Origin: Chrysomallon squamiferum
Lineage: Eukaryota; Animalia; Mollusca
NCBI GenBank assembly: GCA_012295275.1
Contig: CM022678.1
Location: 11,656,001 to 11,720,000, forward strand
Length of the DNA stretch: 64,000 bases
Reading direction: 5' to 3'
The translations under genes were made by a program, and so were the position numbers. Below the pieces are notes generated by a model, which did not search any database, was not told the origin of the DNA, and saw only the letters and a program-made list of their open reading frames with translations. Below, in pieces: positions 11,956-28,080 of the stretch (positions are counted from its first letter, which is position 1; every line of letters begins with the position of its first letter).

Positions 11956-13815
11956 ATGAAGGAACAGTTCAGTTTTGTAGCAATTCCAGTGTAGTGAGGG
12001 CCCGCTTTTGAGAAGTTTATTTGTATTATCGTACGTCTTCTAGGAATCGAACTCAAACATAACCATTAACGTTCAGTTATTTCCTATCTATATTAAAACG
12101 ATAAAGAAAATACATCACTTAAAATTTGATTAAGAACAACTCGTTTTATTATCAGACGTAACACAATTATTTGTAATGAGTACACATGACAGCAAAACCC
12201 ACTGATCAGCTAATGACTGTTAACAGCAAGAAGTCGTTTATTACCACCTTCCCATAAACAGAAAAAAACAAAACAAAAAACAAAAACCCACTTCTGAGCC
12301 AGAAGTTACCCTCAGGGCGAGCCGAGGAGAATTGAACCTGGAATGTTTTACCCCTCGGGCACAATTTGTGGAACTAAGTAGGTGGAAGTGAAGTATCTAC
12401 GTCATCAAAATCAAAAGACATCTTCGCACCTGAATCCACTTTTGCTACGCCCTCTGTTGGTGAGTCAAGCACCACTCCGCGGTTGCTACGTTTGACTCAG
12501 TTTCTTAAAACAACAGAAATATTTGTTTATTCTGATCACAGCAGAGATATTACCTACACCTAGAAGAGAGGTAAATATTTGAGATTCATGATGTAATAGT
12601 CTGACTATACAAAGCTATTGTTTCATTTTCTTTTTTATGATTTATGAGTGGCTGTCAAACCGGAAACGTGCCTGGGAGTGTTACTAAAAATAAACAAGGA
12701 GTGATGCTTACGTTGATGAGAGTGAATCCGTATATCTGTGCATCCGTGTTTATATGTCCGTGTTTTTATACGGGTGTGGGCGTGCGTGCGTATGTGCACG
12801 CATATCTCTCTTCAGAAGAATTTTGTTTAAATTTTGTTTAATTAAGTATTTATTTTTGTTGTTGTTTTTGTTTTTGTTGTTGTTGTTGTTGTATGTTTGT
12901 GAGTTTTGTTTATCTCTTATCTTACTGGCTGACACTCCTTCAGATGACTGAATAAAACAAAACTAAAATTAGTGAAAAGAAATTCTATTTACTTACTTAA
13001 ACACTCAGTCTGTATTGTGATGTAACGCATTTTTTAATTTACTTTTTAATTTTCATTTCCCTCTTAATGTTTTCAAGATATTATTCAGGAAATATAAAAT
13101 CTAAGTTTTAACAAAGATAGAAGAATTGTCTGTTTGGTGATACGAATAAAACAACTACGACAGTAACAATAACAACAACAACAACAATAACAATAATAAG
13201 AAGAACAAGAACAAAAAACAATAATAATATTACAACAACAATAACAATAGCAATAACAACAATATTGCAATAACAACAATAATAACAGTAACAACAATAA
13301 ACAACACTAATATTAGAACAACAACAACAACAATAATAAAAATAATAAATTATAAAAAATAAAAAAATCACAATTTTTGCCGGCCTATTATTTTCTTTCC
13401 AAGGAAACTGTCATGTCGTAGACTTTATCCATCCACTTTACCCCCCCCCCCCTTTCTTTAACTCTGGATGTGACTGAAAGCCCCCGTCACAAACACTGCA
13501 CGCGCAGTCGTAATTCCACTCACAGACGTACCGAATTACACCAAGTGCGTTGTTGATCTTTCTAGAACGGGAAAACAAGGGGCGAATCGTTGATTAATAA
13601 TCAAGAGTCAAAAGCAGCCGCGAGTTCACTGAGTAATAACTGAGACTGCAATTATGGGAGATTTTACGAATATCTGAAAAATATTCCAAGGTTTGTCAGC
13701 TTTCTATTTCAGTGTAGAAGTTCATTTAAGTGTAGCGAGGACTTTAGTTCGTCGGAAACGATAGATGAAGGAATAAACGCGCGTGCCTGACACGCTGACA
13801 CGCAAACTCACACAC

Positions 13816-13894
<79 letters not shown>

Positions 13895-14109
13895 TTACAC
13901 TTGTAAAACCTGCTGTTATACAGGATACGGTGTCCTGGTTAATGACGTTATAATGAGTGGACAACGTAACCATGGAAACTAAGCGTGAACGTCATCGACT
14001 CATTAATCTGGTCTGTGATTTATTAAGCAATAAATGAGTTAGTCTGCGTTTGTGTTCTAATAAAAACTAATACACGCTTGTTATAAATACATAAATAAAT
14101 ACCACGTAA

Positions 14110-14176
<67 letters not shown>

Positions 14177-14408
14177 GTGAAAAGAAGAAACAGAAGAAGT
14201 GAAAGAAAATAATAATAATATATAAACGAAGTAAAAGTAGTGTTAATAGTTATTAGAACACTAACACTGGCTTTAAATTTAATAATAACAAGAATAGTAG
14301 CAACATAACAATAGTCACAATAACAGTAACAGTAACAACAACAACAACAACAACAGCAACACGAAGAACAAGCAGTGTAACAGCAGCAAGACATATTCAT
14401 CACTTATC

Positions 14409-14610
14409 AAAATGAACAACAGCATCAACTACAACAGTAACAACTACATACCACCACTACTATCTGTACAACAGCAGCAGCAAGAAAGATAAAATGAACA
14501 ACAGCGTCAAATACAACAGTAACAACTACATACCACCACTACTATCCCTACAACAGCAGCAGCAAGAAAGATAAAATGAACAACGGCAGCAACTACAACA
14601 GTAACAACTA
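14409..14610. repeat. 82-bp tandem repeat, about 2.5 copies
   Basis: aaaatgaacaacagc...caacagtaacaactac starts at 14409, 14491 and 14573. Confidence 0.85.
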
Positions 14611-15457
14611 CTACTACTGCAGCAGCAGCAGCAGACACAGCTAACGCAGTAATAGTTACTATAGCAATAACATCATGACTAACAGAAGCGACAACAACAT
14701 CAACTACAGTAACAATAATACCACCTCATTCACTGATCCCCTACTACTACACCATCGTCAACAACAACAACAACCACTGCTTTCTGTCAGTTTAAACGCT
14801 GTTATGTCGCGACGTCAGCGTGTCCCAGTCACAAGGTGACAAAACGTCTGTGTACGAACGCGTTGGCGCGAAAAGGCACGTTCACAGACTGACGCCTCGG
14901 AGGTAACCGAAACCTTTTTGTAAAACGATTTCCTGTTGGCCAGTATTTTTGCCGCGTACTCAGGCCGTGCACGCGCTCATTAAAGATGGCGGTCGGTCTG
15001 ACAAAGAAGGGTTTAATCGAAGACTAATGGAAAAATCTGCGGCGGTTTAAAGTCGTTGTTTACTTTTTCGTCAGAGCTCAGATAATGTCGCGTGCACAAA
15101 GAATTAATGAATAATTTGCATTTGAGATAAAACCTGCGTTAAGTCGAACTGAAGTCAAACAACCACTGACTGCAGATAGTCAGTTACGTGATGTTAAATC
15201 TAAGATTTAAGGAATATAAAATTTATACATCTTTATAGTTGTTACTGTTTATTCTGTATAGGTTTTGCTTACAGAAGTATGTATGCATGTATACGTGTCA
15301 GTATATGTGTGTTTCTGTATGTATGTATGTATGAATGTATGAATGTATATTTGTAAGTTTGTATGCTTCCATATATATGAGTAGTGTATGTAAAAAGTAG
15401 ATAAACTGTATTTAAACAATGCAGATACGTTACAAATAAATTATACATTCTGAGAAC

Positions 15458-15997
<540 letters not shown>

Positions 15998-16416
15998 TAT
16001 GTATTGATAATCTATATTTGTAATGTAACGGGGAGTGGTCTGTGTTTACCTGGTTGAAATTTTCTTTGTTTGTTTCAGGTAAGTAAAACCATACTTAACA
16101 AGGTGTTCACGTGTACTGAACAGGTGTAAACCATTATTGTGTTTTCAATTCACACACCTGAACAGGCAGAACATACAGTTTATGGAGGAGGAGATTATAA
16201 GGGAGGAGATTATATGGGAGGGTGGGGTTCACGGACCCCCCACCTGATGATATTCATGACAAAAATAATAAACTAACAGTAATTTTAATAAAATAAATTT
16301 TGTTAAAAGACAATGTTACAGAAATGACGTAAATATCACAATACTTTTTATAAAAAACAATATTAGATATTAGACCAGATAACAGAAGTAGTAGTAGCAG
16401 TACTAGCAGTACTACC

Positions 16417-16459
<43 letters not shown>

Positions 16460-17338
16460 ACAGTAGTTGTTTGTAATAGTACCAGAAGTAATAATAGTAG
16501 CAGCAGCAGTAATAGTAGTAGTAGTGGTAGTAATAGTAATAGTAGTAGTAGCATAGATGAAGTTGTAGAAGCTATCCTGATAGTTGCAGTAGTAGTTCTG
16601 AAAGTGTAATAGTAGTGGTAAACGTAACAATGGTAGTAGCTGTGGAAGTAGTAATAAATGTTAGCGTAGTTGTAGTTGTGTTGCTGGTATAGTAATGACA
16701 GCAGTAGTAAAAAAAAAGAATATTCAGCACATTTTTATTGTATGCTTACATGACGTCATATATAAATAGCATTTATAAAAGAAAAAGTAAGAAACTCAGT
16801 GGTTTTAGGATATGTGCTTCATTTTAGGAATTAATCTTTCAGTGAAGAAACATTTTCATACAAAGTTAATGACACTTCTGTTTTCGTGTTTCACGAAGCA
16901 TCTGCCAGCACACACGACAAAATAAAATATCACTGATTACACGAAGTACTTGCCCGCTGTTTATCGATCGCCGCGTTGCACAAACACGTTGTACTGCGAC
17001 AGCCACGACAGCCACGACTGCTGCACGCTCGAGAGAAGCGCGCGCATCGTGACAAATGTTGTGTTTACGAAAGAAAAGAGAGACCACAACGTTTCGCGCC
17101 ATATTACAGCACGTGCAACAAGGCGCGCGAATAACACGACATCGGATTTCCGGACTGTGTGGCTGATGCGAGAACTGCTGTTTAGGTTTGGGGTAAAGAA
17201 CGGAAGGGAAAAGAAAACTTGGTTTAGATTTAATCAGGTGCGCAGGTGCGGAACACAAGTGTTTATGAGAAAGTTTGTCTAACTTGCAGACCTCTTGTTG
17301 ATAGAGTGGTAGCCAGTATACAGTGGTGATAACTGTGT

Positions 17339-17369
<31 letters not shown>

Positions 17370-17383
17370 CGAGAGAGAGAGAG

Positions 17384-17453
<70 letters not shown>

Positions 17454-18000
17454 GAGACACACACAGAGAGAGAGACAGAGAGAGAGATGCAGCAAACAAG
17501 CCACACAGACTCCACAAAGAAACAAAAATTTACAAGAAAAATAAACATGTAAAAACCTTCTTCTTCTTATGTTTTTTTCTTACATTGCCGCAGCACAACA
17601 GTTTTATTTTTGAAATTGTACTTTCATGTCGGGTAAAATTTCTAACAAAGACGATGTTTAGAAAACTGCACGTACATTTGTTAGAACATAATCTGAACCT
17701 AAGAGACTACTTTTTAAACAAACATGCAAGACAAAGGAACAGAAAAAAAAGAAAAAAAAAAAAAGATTTAATTAAGAAAGGAAAATATTAAAAAGGAGTG
17801 TTTTTTTTTTTCTTTCTAAACAATTAGCAGTCAACAAAGGTCGAATTTTCAGAATTTGTGCAGGAGAAGTGTTTGAACTTCTGTCTGTTTCTGTGCGAGT
17901 TTTAAAAATAAACCTAAAGATGGTGAACTGTTTGTTTTACAGGAAAACAACGATTTGGAATTTTATTACGTTACACATCTTTTCTTTTTCCTTTTTAAAT

Positions 18001-18035
<35 letters not shown>

Positions 18036-18888
18036 TTATTTTTGTTTTTGTTATTTATTTATTATGCTTAATTTTCTTTAAGTATTATCTGTTTATATTT
18101 AATTTGTTTTGTTTTTTTAAATATATTTTCTCATATTTCCTGCTCTGTAATTCTTTTTTTTATCTGTTTATAAACTGCCAGCAGCGTACAAATCACTTTA
18201 AAAAGTTTTATTTTATTTGTCAGAATCTAAAAATAAACGTAATTATGACGGTTCTACTCTAAACACTCGAAATAATTAAATAAATAAACAAATAAATAAA
18301 TAAAAACACCCCAAAACCCCCAATACAACCAAGAGTACACAAGCAAAACAAACAACGACATTAACAACACGGATGGGAGAAAACAGTTCGCGAAAGAAAT
18401 GAGATGTAGCTTTTGACGAACGTCAAACCTATTAGAAATGGTCGAACGAGTCAATCTAACAGCCTCGTTCCCGTTCTCGCGAGTGTTCGACATTTCACAA
18501 ATGTGAAGAGTTGCTGTTCTTTGAAGCAGACGATATGAGCGATGCGCGCGTCAATTCCGGTCAGCTGGGTTTTCGTGGAGCACCTAATATCGACTCTCGC
18601 GGGTCTGCGCTGTTCAACCCAGTCCACCGAGCTCGTTTCATCTTTTATTTCTCTTTCTTTTCAACTCGTTTTCCTTCGCTTTTCGCTCTCGCGTGAGAAA
18701 GGAGACAAGCAATAAATCTTACCAAAGGAAAGAAGCAAATCTTTGTTCCTCTGTAATTACATCCGCAAGTGGGAGGTTCCAGGTTCGCGACGCGAGACAA
18801 GATTCTGTTGAGAGCTGATAACTGAACTGTCAGGTCACTTCGTCAGTTTGCCTTTTATTTGTTTATCTGCTTGTTTTATTATATACAC

Positions 18889-18919
<31 letters not shown>

Positions 18920-19080
18920 TATATATATACATACATACACACATACATACATATATACATACATACACACATATATACACACATAGATTCATACACACAC
19001 ATATAAACATATATACATACATACACACACACATATATATATATACACATACATACATACATACACACACACATATATAC

Positions 19081-19113
<33 letters not shown>

Positions 19114-19642
19114 CATATATAATACATGCATGCATATGTTTTTTATTAATATTATTTTTATTTATTTAATTATTTAGTTAGTTACGTGGTATCACGTAAA
19201 AATGATACTATATACCATCAACTAAAGTCATTATGCTAAGCTGTTTCATTTAGTTTTAAATTTTGTTTCGTTACAAGATACACACGTCAGATTATTTTAT
19301 ATGACAATATACTTTTATATAACCTGTGATTAACCTACCGTGAAATAATAATACTTCATACGTCATTAAGTTCTTAGCACATCGATAAAATATATACACG
19401 ATAAATTAACAAGAAAGTTGGCCCATAGAGATATTATTATTATGACATCATAAATACGATGACGTCACAATGGCTATCCCATGATGTTTATTTTGTAAGA
19501 GGATTATTTACTCTATAAAATTACTTTCCTTGAAAAAAAAGGTAATTTTTTTACTACTAGTATTACTGTTACTATCACCACCTCCAGTTTAACTACTACA
19601 ACGATTACTATTACTACTCCTACTACTCCTCCTACTACTGCT

Positions 19643-19673
<31 letters not shown>

Positions 19674-20266
19674 AATAATATTAATAATTAATATTAATAG
19701 TAATTATTATAATAGTTGTTACTGTTATTATTATTGTTATTTTATTATTATAATTATTATTATTTTTATTTTCATTATTATTATTCTTATTGTTATTATT
19801 GTTGTTGTAATTATTGTTATTATTATTATTATATTAATCGTTTAAATAAACATGCGTGTGTTGTTTTTTCATTAGTTTAGTCACAACGAGACTTTAATTA
19901 AACGAGACTTTTGGCACCACGTGGTCTTTAGTCCAGGATGAGTTTTAGAGTTGTCTTTTCCTTCATCTCTTTTTCTTTTATATTATTCTTTCACTTCCGT
20001 TCAACTGCTTTGATTTCATTTACGTTCTGACAACTGAACTATTGATTATTTCTCCTTTCTTTGATCTGTACAACAATTCTTAGTCCTGGTGGGGGGGAAG
20101 TAATAATAAAAGAGAAAGAAAAAGCAGAGAAAGATAAATGATCGAGAGATGAACAATTAGTTTACTATTTTTGGCCTCAAGCTGGAACAAATGGATTAAC
20201 AACATCAGCAAACTTACAAAATGAATTTTACATTTCTTTATCCTCACCAATGAAAACAACTGTATC

Positions 20267-20303
<37 letters not shown>

Positions 20304-20803
20304 ATAGTAGTAGTAGTTATGATGGAGGTTGTGGTTGTAGTAGTAATAGTATTATCAGTAATACTAGTATTATATAATAAGCCCAAGTAGCTGATATGTA
20401 TGGGCATGTTTTATGATTTAATAATAACAACAACAACAACAACAAAAATAATAAATAAATAAATAAAAATAAATAAATAAATAAATAAATAAAATTAAAT
20501 AAAATTAATTTAGAATAAAGTAAAATCAAATCAAATAATAAAAATAAATTAAAAAGGAAACAAGATAGGTAGATACACACAAACAGATAAAAATAATAAA
20601 TAAATAGATAGCAGGCAGGCAGACAGACAAATAACTAAATAACAATATAGGAATACACAAAATATAACTCTTTTCTTTCATGTTGATGTTGGTTTTATCA
20701 CAGTTGAACGATGTGTTATTTTCAGAGACTAACTTTCAACAACAAACTGAAAACAGAGAGAACTCACAGGAGGAAAGGAAGGGAATCCATGTAACACTCT
20801 CAC

Positions 20804-20834
<31 letters not shown>

Positions 20835-21576
20835 CTTATTTATTTACATCATCTTTCGTTTTTTGTGTTTGATTATTTATTTTATACTGAAACGGAATTT
20901 AGTTCTGAAAATGTTATGGTTCAAACCTAATAAATAACAACACCTGGTGAGACACTTCATGTTTGGAGATTTTCAAATCTAACAACGGTGCTTCGCAATT
21001 AGTCTTTCGATTTTTCATTCACTTTTTTTTCTTCTTTTTAAAACTACTTGAGACGAACAGCGTTGAAAAGAAAAGCTTCAAAGTGGATTTTTCTGTTGCT
21101 TTAAGCAGTCTTAAAATTCTCAGAAAACCGCACAAATTAAGCAAAAATAGATTTTTCTCTTTTTTTGCGGTTGGTGCTCCGGAAAAAAAAGGAAGAAAAG
21201 AATAAAAAAAAACAAGGTGACAGAGAATTTGTATGGGAAAATACTACATCAATAATCTGTCAGCAAAAATCAGTGGCTTTGAATTTTGAAATATTTTTCT
21301 TTTTATTATCAATTTTTTTCTTTCATTCTTCTTCTTTTTTTCTTTCATTCTTCTTTTTTTTTTTTTTTTTTTTTCTTGAATTACGCCGTATCCGCGATTT
21401 TCACAAATGTAAAAGAAAAAAAAAAACACTCAACAACCATACAGTAATTTCTTCTACAACAACGTCAACCACTTCTACCAGTTCAAATATCATTACTACC
21501 TGCACTACTACTACTAAAACAAAAATAACAACTACAACGGCAGTTACTATAAATAAAAATACATTTAATTATAACA

Positions 21577-21676
<100 letters not shown>

Positions 21677-22186
21677 CAATCGGAAATTGTCATCTACGAT
21701 TTCCAATGAGCACTAATATATTTTTTTTTTGTTAATTTATTTTCTAGAAATTGATTTTCCAGACAGGAATACGAGAACAGGATCCTAGATTCTAGAAAAA
21801 CATCGCAGTTTGAACTAACAGAGTACTGTTTATGGATTCTATTTTAAGCTTTTTTATTGTTTTCTGTTCGTTTTTACATTTTTATTTCTTTTCTTTTCTT
21901 CCAGTCTTTTCCTGTTTCTTTTATTATTAATGTTTTTATTTATTATTATTTTTTTTAAATGGCGCGTGGTTTCTGAACAACAGAAATTAATTTCCTTCTC
22001 TTTCTCCATCTTCAGTTTTTATTAAAATATTATCATTTCTTTAATACGTATTACTTTATGTATGTATGTATGTATGTATATGTATGTATGTATGTATGTA
22101 CGTATATGTGTATGTATGTATATTATGTATGTATGTATGTATGTATGTATATTTATATTTATTATTTTTGTATATGTATGTATATT

Positions 22187-22218
<32 letters not shown>

Positions 22219-23001
22219 GATGTATGTATATTTATATGTAAATGTATGTTAAAATGGTATGGCATGTAAAAATGTAAATGTATATGGAGGTATGTATGTA
22301 TGTAATGAATGTATGTATGTAAGATAGTAAACCATGTATTAAAAAAACCCGTATGAAAAGATGAAAAAAAATAAAATACAATGTAAATGAATTTAAAACG
22401 TCATGAAACGTTACGGTTGTGACGTAATCACGTCTAGACTTGAACGTGGGCGCGAAAATCTGTTTCCGTTCTCACTCTGACGTCTGCTGCTTGTGAGAGA
22501 AAAGAAACACGTGGAATGTGTTTGTGTCAGCTGCGGCTCTGTTTGTCCTGTTTCTTTGCTTCCGCGGCCGACGCTAGACCTGCCCGGGTCCCCGGAGACC
22601 CACAAACCGCCACGTGCCAGTAAAACGACGCAGAAAGTCTAGTGTAATTCCGCCAGTTTCTGGCACAGCGGTTCGCGCCAAAAATGTGATTAGGAAAAAG
22701 GCAATCACAATCTTCGGGATTAATTTAATTTAATTTAATTTTTAATTTTTTTAATGTTTTTAATGTTGTTTTTTTTGCTGACGTTTTTTTCAAACTACTG
22801 AATTCCAAGTCGTTCACGCTGGTGTGCTGTCATTACTACTACTACTATTATTACGACTACGGCTACAACTACTTTAGTAACGGTAGCTAATATTTCCACT
22901 GCAACAGCCGTCACTGCAACATTTACAATGACAGCTACTACACCGCTACTGCTATCATTTCCATCATCAGTCGGTGAGAAGAAACAACAGCAGCAACAAT
23001 A

Positions 23002-23042
<41 letters not shown>

Positions 23043-23555
23043 ATAATAATAAGAATAAAAATATTTTTTAAATTAATGTTTGACTCGAGAAAACAAACAT
23101 ATGCTGCTAAGAAACAACAACAACAACAAAAAAATAAAAACAAAAACAAAATAAAATAAAATAAAAATAAAATAAAAATAATAATAATATTAAAAATAAA
23201 AAAATAATAACAATAATAATAAAAGCAGATTAAACGAGAAAACCAGCGACAACAACAACAACAACCTTTTAATACGAAAATAGATCTCTTAGCTTGTAAA
23301 TGTCAGGACGCAAGAGAGGAAACACGTGCAGTTCGCGCCTTTCTGCAGACAAATACAACATTTCCGCAGTCAAGTTTTTCTCATTTCGACAATCGATCAA
23401 GTTTTGATAGAATTAAATGAAATGACCTTTAAAACATATTAGAAGAAAAAAGAAATGTTGAAGACGAAGAAGAAAATAATTATTTTTATTAGAAAACAGT
23501 GCAGTAAGATATTGCAGTTAGTTTGTATATTTTTGGGGGTAAAAAGTGAAAAATA

Positions 23556-23592
<37 letters not shown>

Positions 23593-24105
23593 AAAAAAAT
23601 GAATGAATGAATGAAAGAGTATAAGAAATTGTGTATATATACATATAATAATATTAACAACGACGACATCAGTGGTAGAAGTGGTAGTAGTATTAATATT
23701 AATAATTATAATGACAATGATGATGATGATGATGATGATAATAATAATAATAATAATGAAAAAAAAATGAAAAAAAAAAAAAAATCCACACAAATAAAAC
23801 AACAATGAGTAGAAATATTAGGATTTTTACAAAACTATAGAAAACTGCAAAGTGCTTTGTCGCTACAGAACAAAATCCATGACTGTATTTGTTGTTGTAG
23901 TAGTTGTTCTGCTTGTTGTGAATGTAGTAGTTTTTCGTGTTCTTTTTGTTCAGAGTGTAAATGATTAGGTTTCCTCTGCCATTTTCTGTCGTCATGTTTG
24001 TGGAAAAGTTTGTGTTTTATTGTGTAACATTGTCTGCCATATTTTTTTTTTTTTTATAGGAAAGAAGCCTTTAAAAATATTACAAGTAAAATAGGAAAAC
24101 GTGCG

Positions 24106-24184
<79 letters not shown>

Positions 24185-25381
24185 TAAAATAATATAAAAT
24201 AATAAATAAATAAATAAATAAATAAATAATATATATTTTACAATGCTTCCCCCACCCTCCCTCCCGAAAGAAAAGAATTCGTCTTTAGACTATTAAAATA
24301 TCGCTGTATTTATTATCAATGAATGCAGTTAAAAATTAAAATATCTAAGGAAACAAAAGTAATTTGATTTATGACTGTTTCTTAGTTAAAAAAACGATTA
24401 CACACACACAGACACACACACACACACACACACACACTTATAACTTTCATATTAGAAAATTACAAAACGACGGTCTCACAATTAGGATGTTTACGGTAAT
24501 CAATCGACGAGCAGACGAGAAAATGGGCGAACTAAACGTTAATTACTTCTGTGTTTCTCGCAGACGTGAGTGCTTAACTATCCTTTTCTGTTAAGTTGTA
24601 TTTTACAGCGAAGCTCACAGATACAGCTCAGGAAATTAGGATTAGTGCGTTGAGAAGAAAAGAGGATGAGAAATGGAAGATATTTTATGCAGTAACGAGA
24701 TTAAATGGCGACTCGAGAAGCAGACGTGTGTGTGAGTTACAGGAGTCGGTCGGGACTGTTTGCCGCCAATTTTCTCTTCACGTCTGTCAGTAATGTGTTC
24801 ACCTTGTTTTTATTTCTTTCTTTCTTTCTTTTTCATCTGCACACATGGTTTAAAGTTTAAACATAAATATAAAGGTAAAGAAGAATAAGAAGAACGAAAC
24901 AAATGAATAAGAGAGAGAAAAAAAAAGAATGATAAGAAGAAAAACAATTATCAGTATTATCATCGCTTCATTTATTATTAATAACATAATACCAACGAAC
25001 AACAATAAGAATATCAAAATCATTATCACGGTCGAACAACACCAACGCTAATGACTGTCGGCGAAGATGACGATGCTGTTACTAATGATTACCTATGTGA
25101 TTATCATCACGATGACGCGGAGGATAATGATAACATCAGCTACAGCGATAATCTCACATTATTCGTCTAACAATGTTATCAGTTCAGTGCTCGTAATGAC
25201 GACGACAACGACGTCAACAGCAACAACGTCTATAAAGTGAATAAATGAACGTCTAACCTAGCATGAAAAAACACATCGACTGTCTGTTGTGTGTCAGACA
25301 CAGGTGTGATAACAAGAGAAATTAAAACAGTAAAATAAAACAAAAAATAAAAACTACAAAGTAGAAAGATCTCGAACTCAC

Positions 25382-25550
25382 CGTGTCTGTCGATGTCGTT
25401 AAACCCGTTGGAGATGTGCTGGTTCAGGCGAGATTTCGGCTCTCCTTGCCCCTCCATCTCTCGCATTGTCTTGCTCTCCTTATTTTTGGAGTGTTTTTTC
25501 TTGGACTTTGGACTCAGCCGAATCAACTTCTTACTCTTAGTTTTCGTAGA
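25382..25550 (-). CDS. Calmodulin-like gene, upstream exon (169 bp): STKTKSKKLIRLSPKSKKKHSKNKESKT-MREMEGQGEPKSRLNQHISNGFNDIDRH(E); translation may start only at the ATG at 25466
   Basis: Donor G|GTGAGT (25381-25376) in phase 1, matching the EF1 exon. The spliced junction FNDIDRH-E-LQQAF aligns with calmodulin LTEEQIA-E-FKEAF. Acceptor TCTTTTCAG (AG at 25552-25551) with a CTCAT branch-like motif. The frame is open from the acceptor in phase 0, while the other two minus frames have stops. Confidence 0.75.
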
Positions 25551-25705
25551 CTGAAAAGATCAAATGAGTAAAATAAACGACGGAACAGAGGTTTAAACGA
25601 GGCTGTTTAAATGGCAGATTCGTAGCAATAAACTACAAGTTTCCGTGTAACTCATATTTCTGTTATGAAATCGGCGTCATAAACGTAATTCACAATCTTT
25701 GAAGC

Positions 25706-25754
<49 letters not shown>

Positions 25755-26745
25755 TTAAATTTCTGGTTGTCGCAACTAAGAGAATTTGCTAGATATATTA
25801 CAGACGGTGTCACACATGCGCACTAGACCGCTCTTTTTATTACTATAAAAAAACAACAAAAAAATAGTTCACTATATCTACTATTGCTTTTATACTACTA
25901 CTACTACTACAACCGCTACTGCTACCATTCCTGCTTCTAGTTTTGCCGTTCCACCAACACGACAACAACCATTACTACCACCACTATTACTATTGCTATT
26001 GCTACTACTGTTGCTTCTACTATTATTACTAGTATTACTACTACTACTACTGCTACACGTATATACGTACATACGTACATACAAACACACAAACACACAC
26101 ATACACAGAGACATATCTACATACATACACACACTACTACTACTACTACCTGTACTACCATTATTACTTCTGTTGCAGGTACCAAAACACTCACAACTAC
26201 GACTGCTTCAACAATACAGACTCTACAACAACGCTGGAGAACACTGCTTTACATGTAACTGTTACGTAAGTGACGTCGGGTGTTACAGTTGGTGTTTCGC
26301 GTTCATTCACACTCATTTACGAAATGATCCAATCAACAGTGGAGAAAATTAATACATGTCGCTATGGCTTTATTTCGTTTAATATCGTTATCATAATAAG
26401 ATGACGTAATAGCGTATTGTAACTGCATGACGTGTGTTCGTCTTCCAATCTAAAACCGAGAGGCAGTGAAGATGACGTAACAGTTGATGATGTAATAAAC
26501 AGCCAGGAAAACGGGACTGGCACGTGTGGCTTAACTGCAGAAATAATCAGGATCGGATTATGTCCCCCCCCGCCCCCTTGCGACCAGGTATTACAGATAT
26601 AAAACCGTGAGCGGGAGGGATTTTAACTGTAAACTATAATCATGTATAGATGAGAGTGTGAATAGCGTACGTGTATTATAAGAATGCATATAGATTTACA
26701 TATATATTTACACATGTAATGAACGTATTCTTCATTCAGATATAT

Positions 26746-27320
26746 TATGTTTTGTGTGCATGTGTGTGGTATGTGTATGTATATTCTTATTGATATATTA
26801 TGTATGTGCATGTGTGTGTGTATATGTATATATATGTGTGTGTGTATGTATGTATGTTTGTGTGCATCGTGTGGTATGTGTGTGTGTGTATGTATGTATG
26901 TATGTATGTATGTGTATGTGTGTGTGTGTGTGTTGTATGTATGTATGTGTGTGTGTATGTATGTATGTATGTATGTATGTATGTATGTATGTGTGTGTGT
27001 ATGTATGTGTATGTATGTATGTATGTAGGTGTGTGTGTGTATGTATGTATGTGTGTATGTATGTGTGTGTGTTTGTGTGTGTGTGTGTTTGTGTGTGTGT
27101 ATGTATGTATGTATGTGTGTATGTATGTATGTATGTATGTATGTATGTATGTATGTATGTGCATGTGTTTGTGTGTGTGTATGTTTATGTATGTATGTAT
27201 GTATGTATGTAGGTATGTGTGTATGTATGTATGTATGTGTGTGTGTTGTGTGTGTGTGTGTGTTTGTGTGTGTATGTATGTATGTATGTGTGTATGTATG
27301 TACCTATATACGTATGTAGT
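26746..27320. repeat. Compound (TG)n/(TATG)n microsatellite block
   Basis: Direct reading. Similar blocks occur at about 18885-19120, 22058-22320, 40200-40520 and 59920-60150. Confidence 0.9.
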
Positions 27321-27999
27321 GTGTCTCTATGTACATATGTGTACGAGTATGTATATATTTACAGTCACACAGATACGCAATTAAAAATGTAAAAACTGCG
27401 TCAGAATGATGCAGCAGTTTTCACATCAAGGAAGTGACCGAGTTTCAGAAGCGCACATCTCGTGAGAAAACAGTTTATTATTTATCTGGTGGCCGCACAT
27501 TTATATCTGCATTCGTGTTTATTAACTCTGCGTGAACATCTGCAGCTAAGACTGCAAACATCTCCGTTAACATTTAAATGAGAAAGACTCAATTAATCTT
27601 CTGTAGCTGTGCTGATGCTGTAATTGTTTTTTTATCAGTACACACACACAAACACAAACACACAGACAGACAGACACACACACAAGAACATATACACACA
27701 AACGCAGACGAAAATCTATCTTTTCCATTACTAATAAAAAGGACATTTAGAAAAACAGAAATATTTGCCTTCGGTAATATTAATAAAATGTTAATATAAT
27801 ATTAATAAACACACAGACAGACAAATTGAAAGATATTTAGAGAAAGCTAGCGACGTATTGATAAACAGATAAAGAGAAAGAGATAAACAGAAACAGAAAG
27901 AGCGAGAGGGAGAACAAAATAGATACAGAGAGACAGAAATAAAGGTAAACACAGACATCATATAAATATAAAGAGAGAGAGAGATAGAGAGAGAGAGAT

Positions 28000-28080
<81 letters not shown>

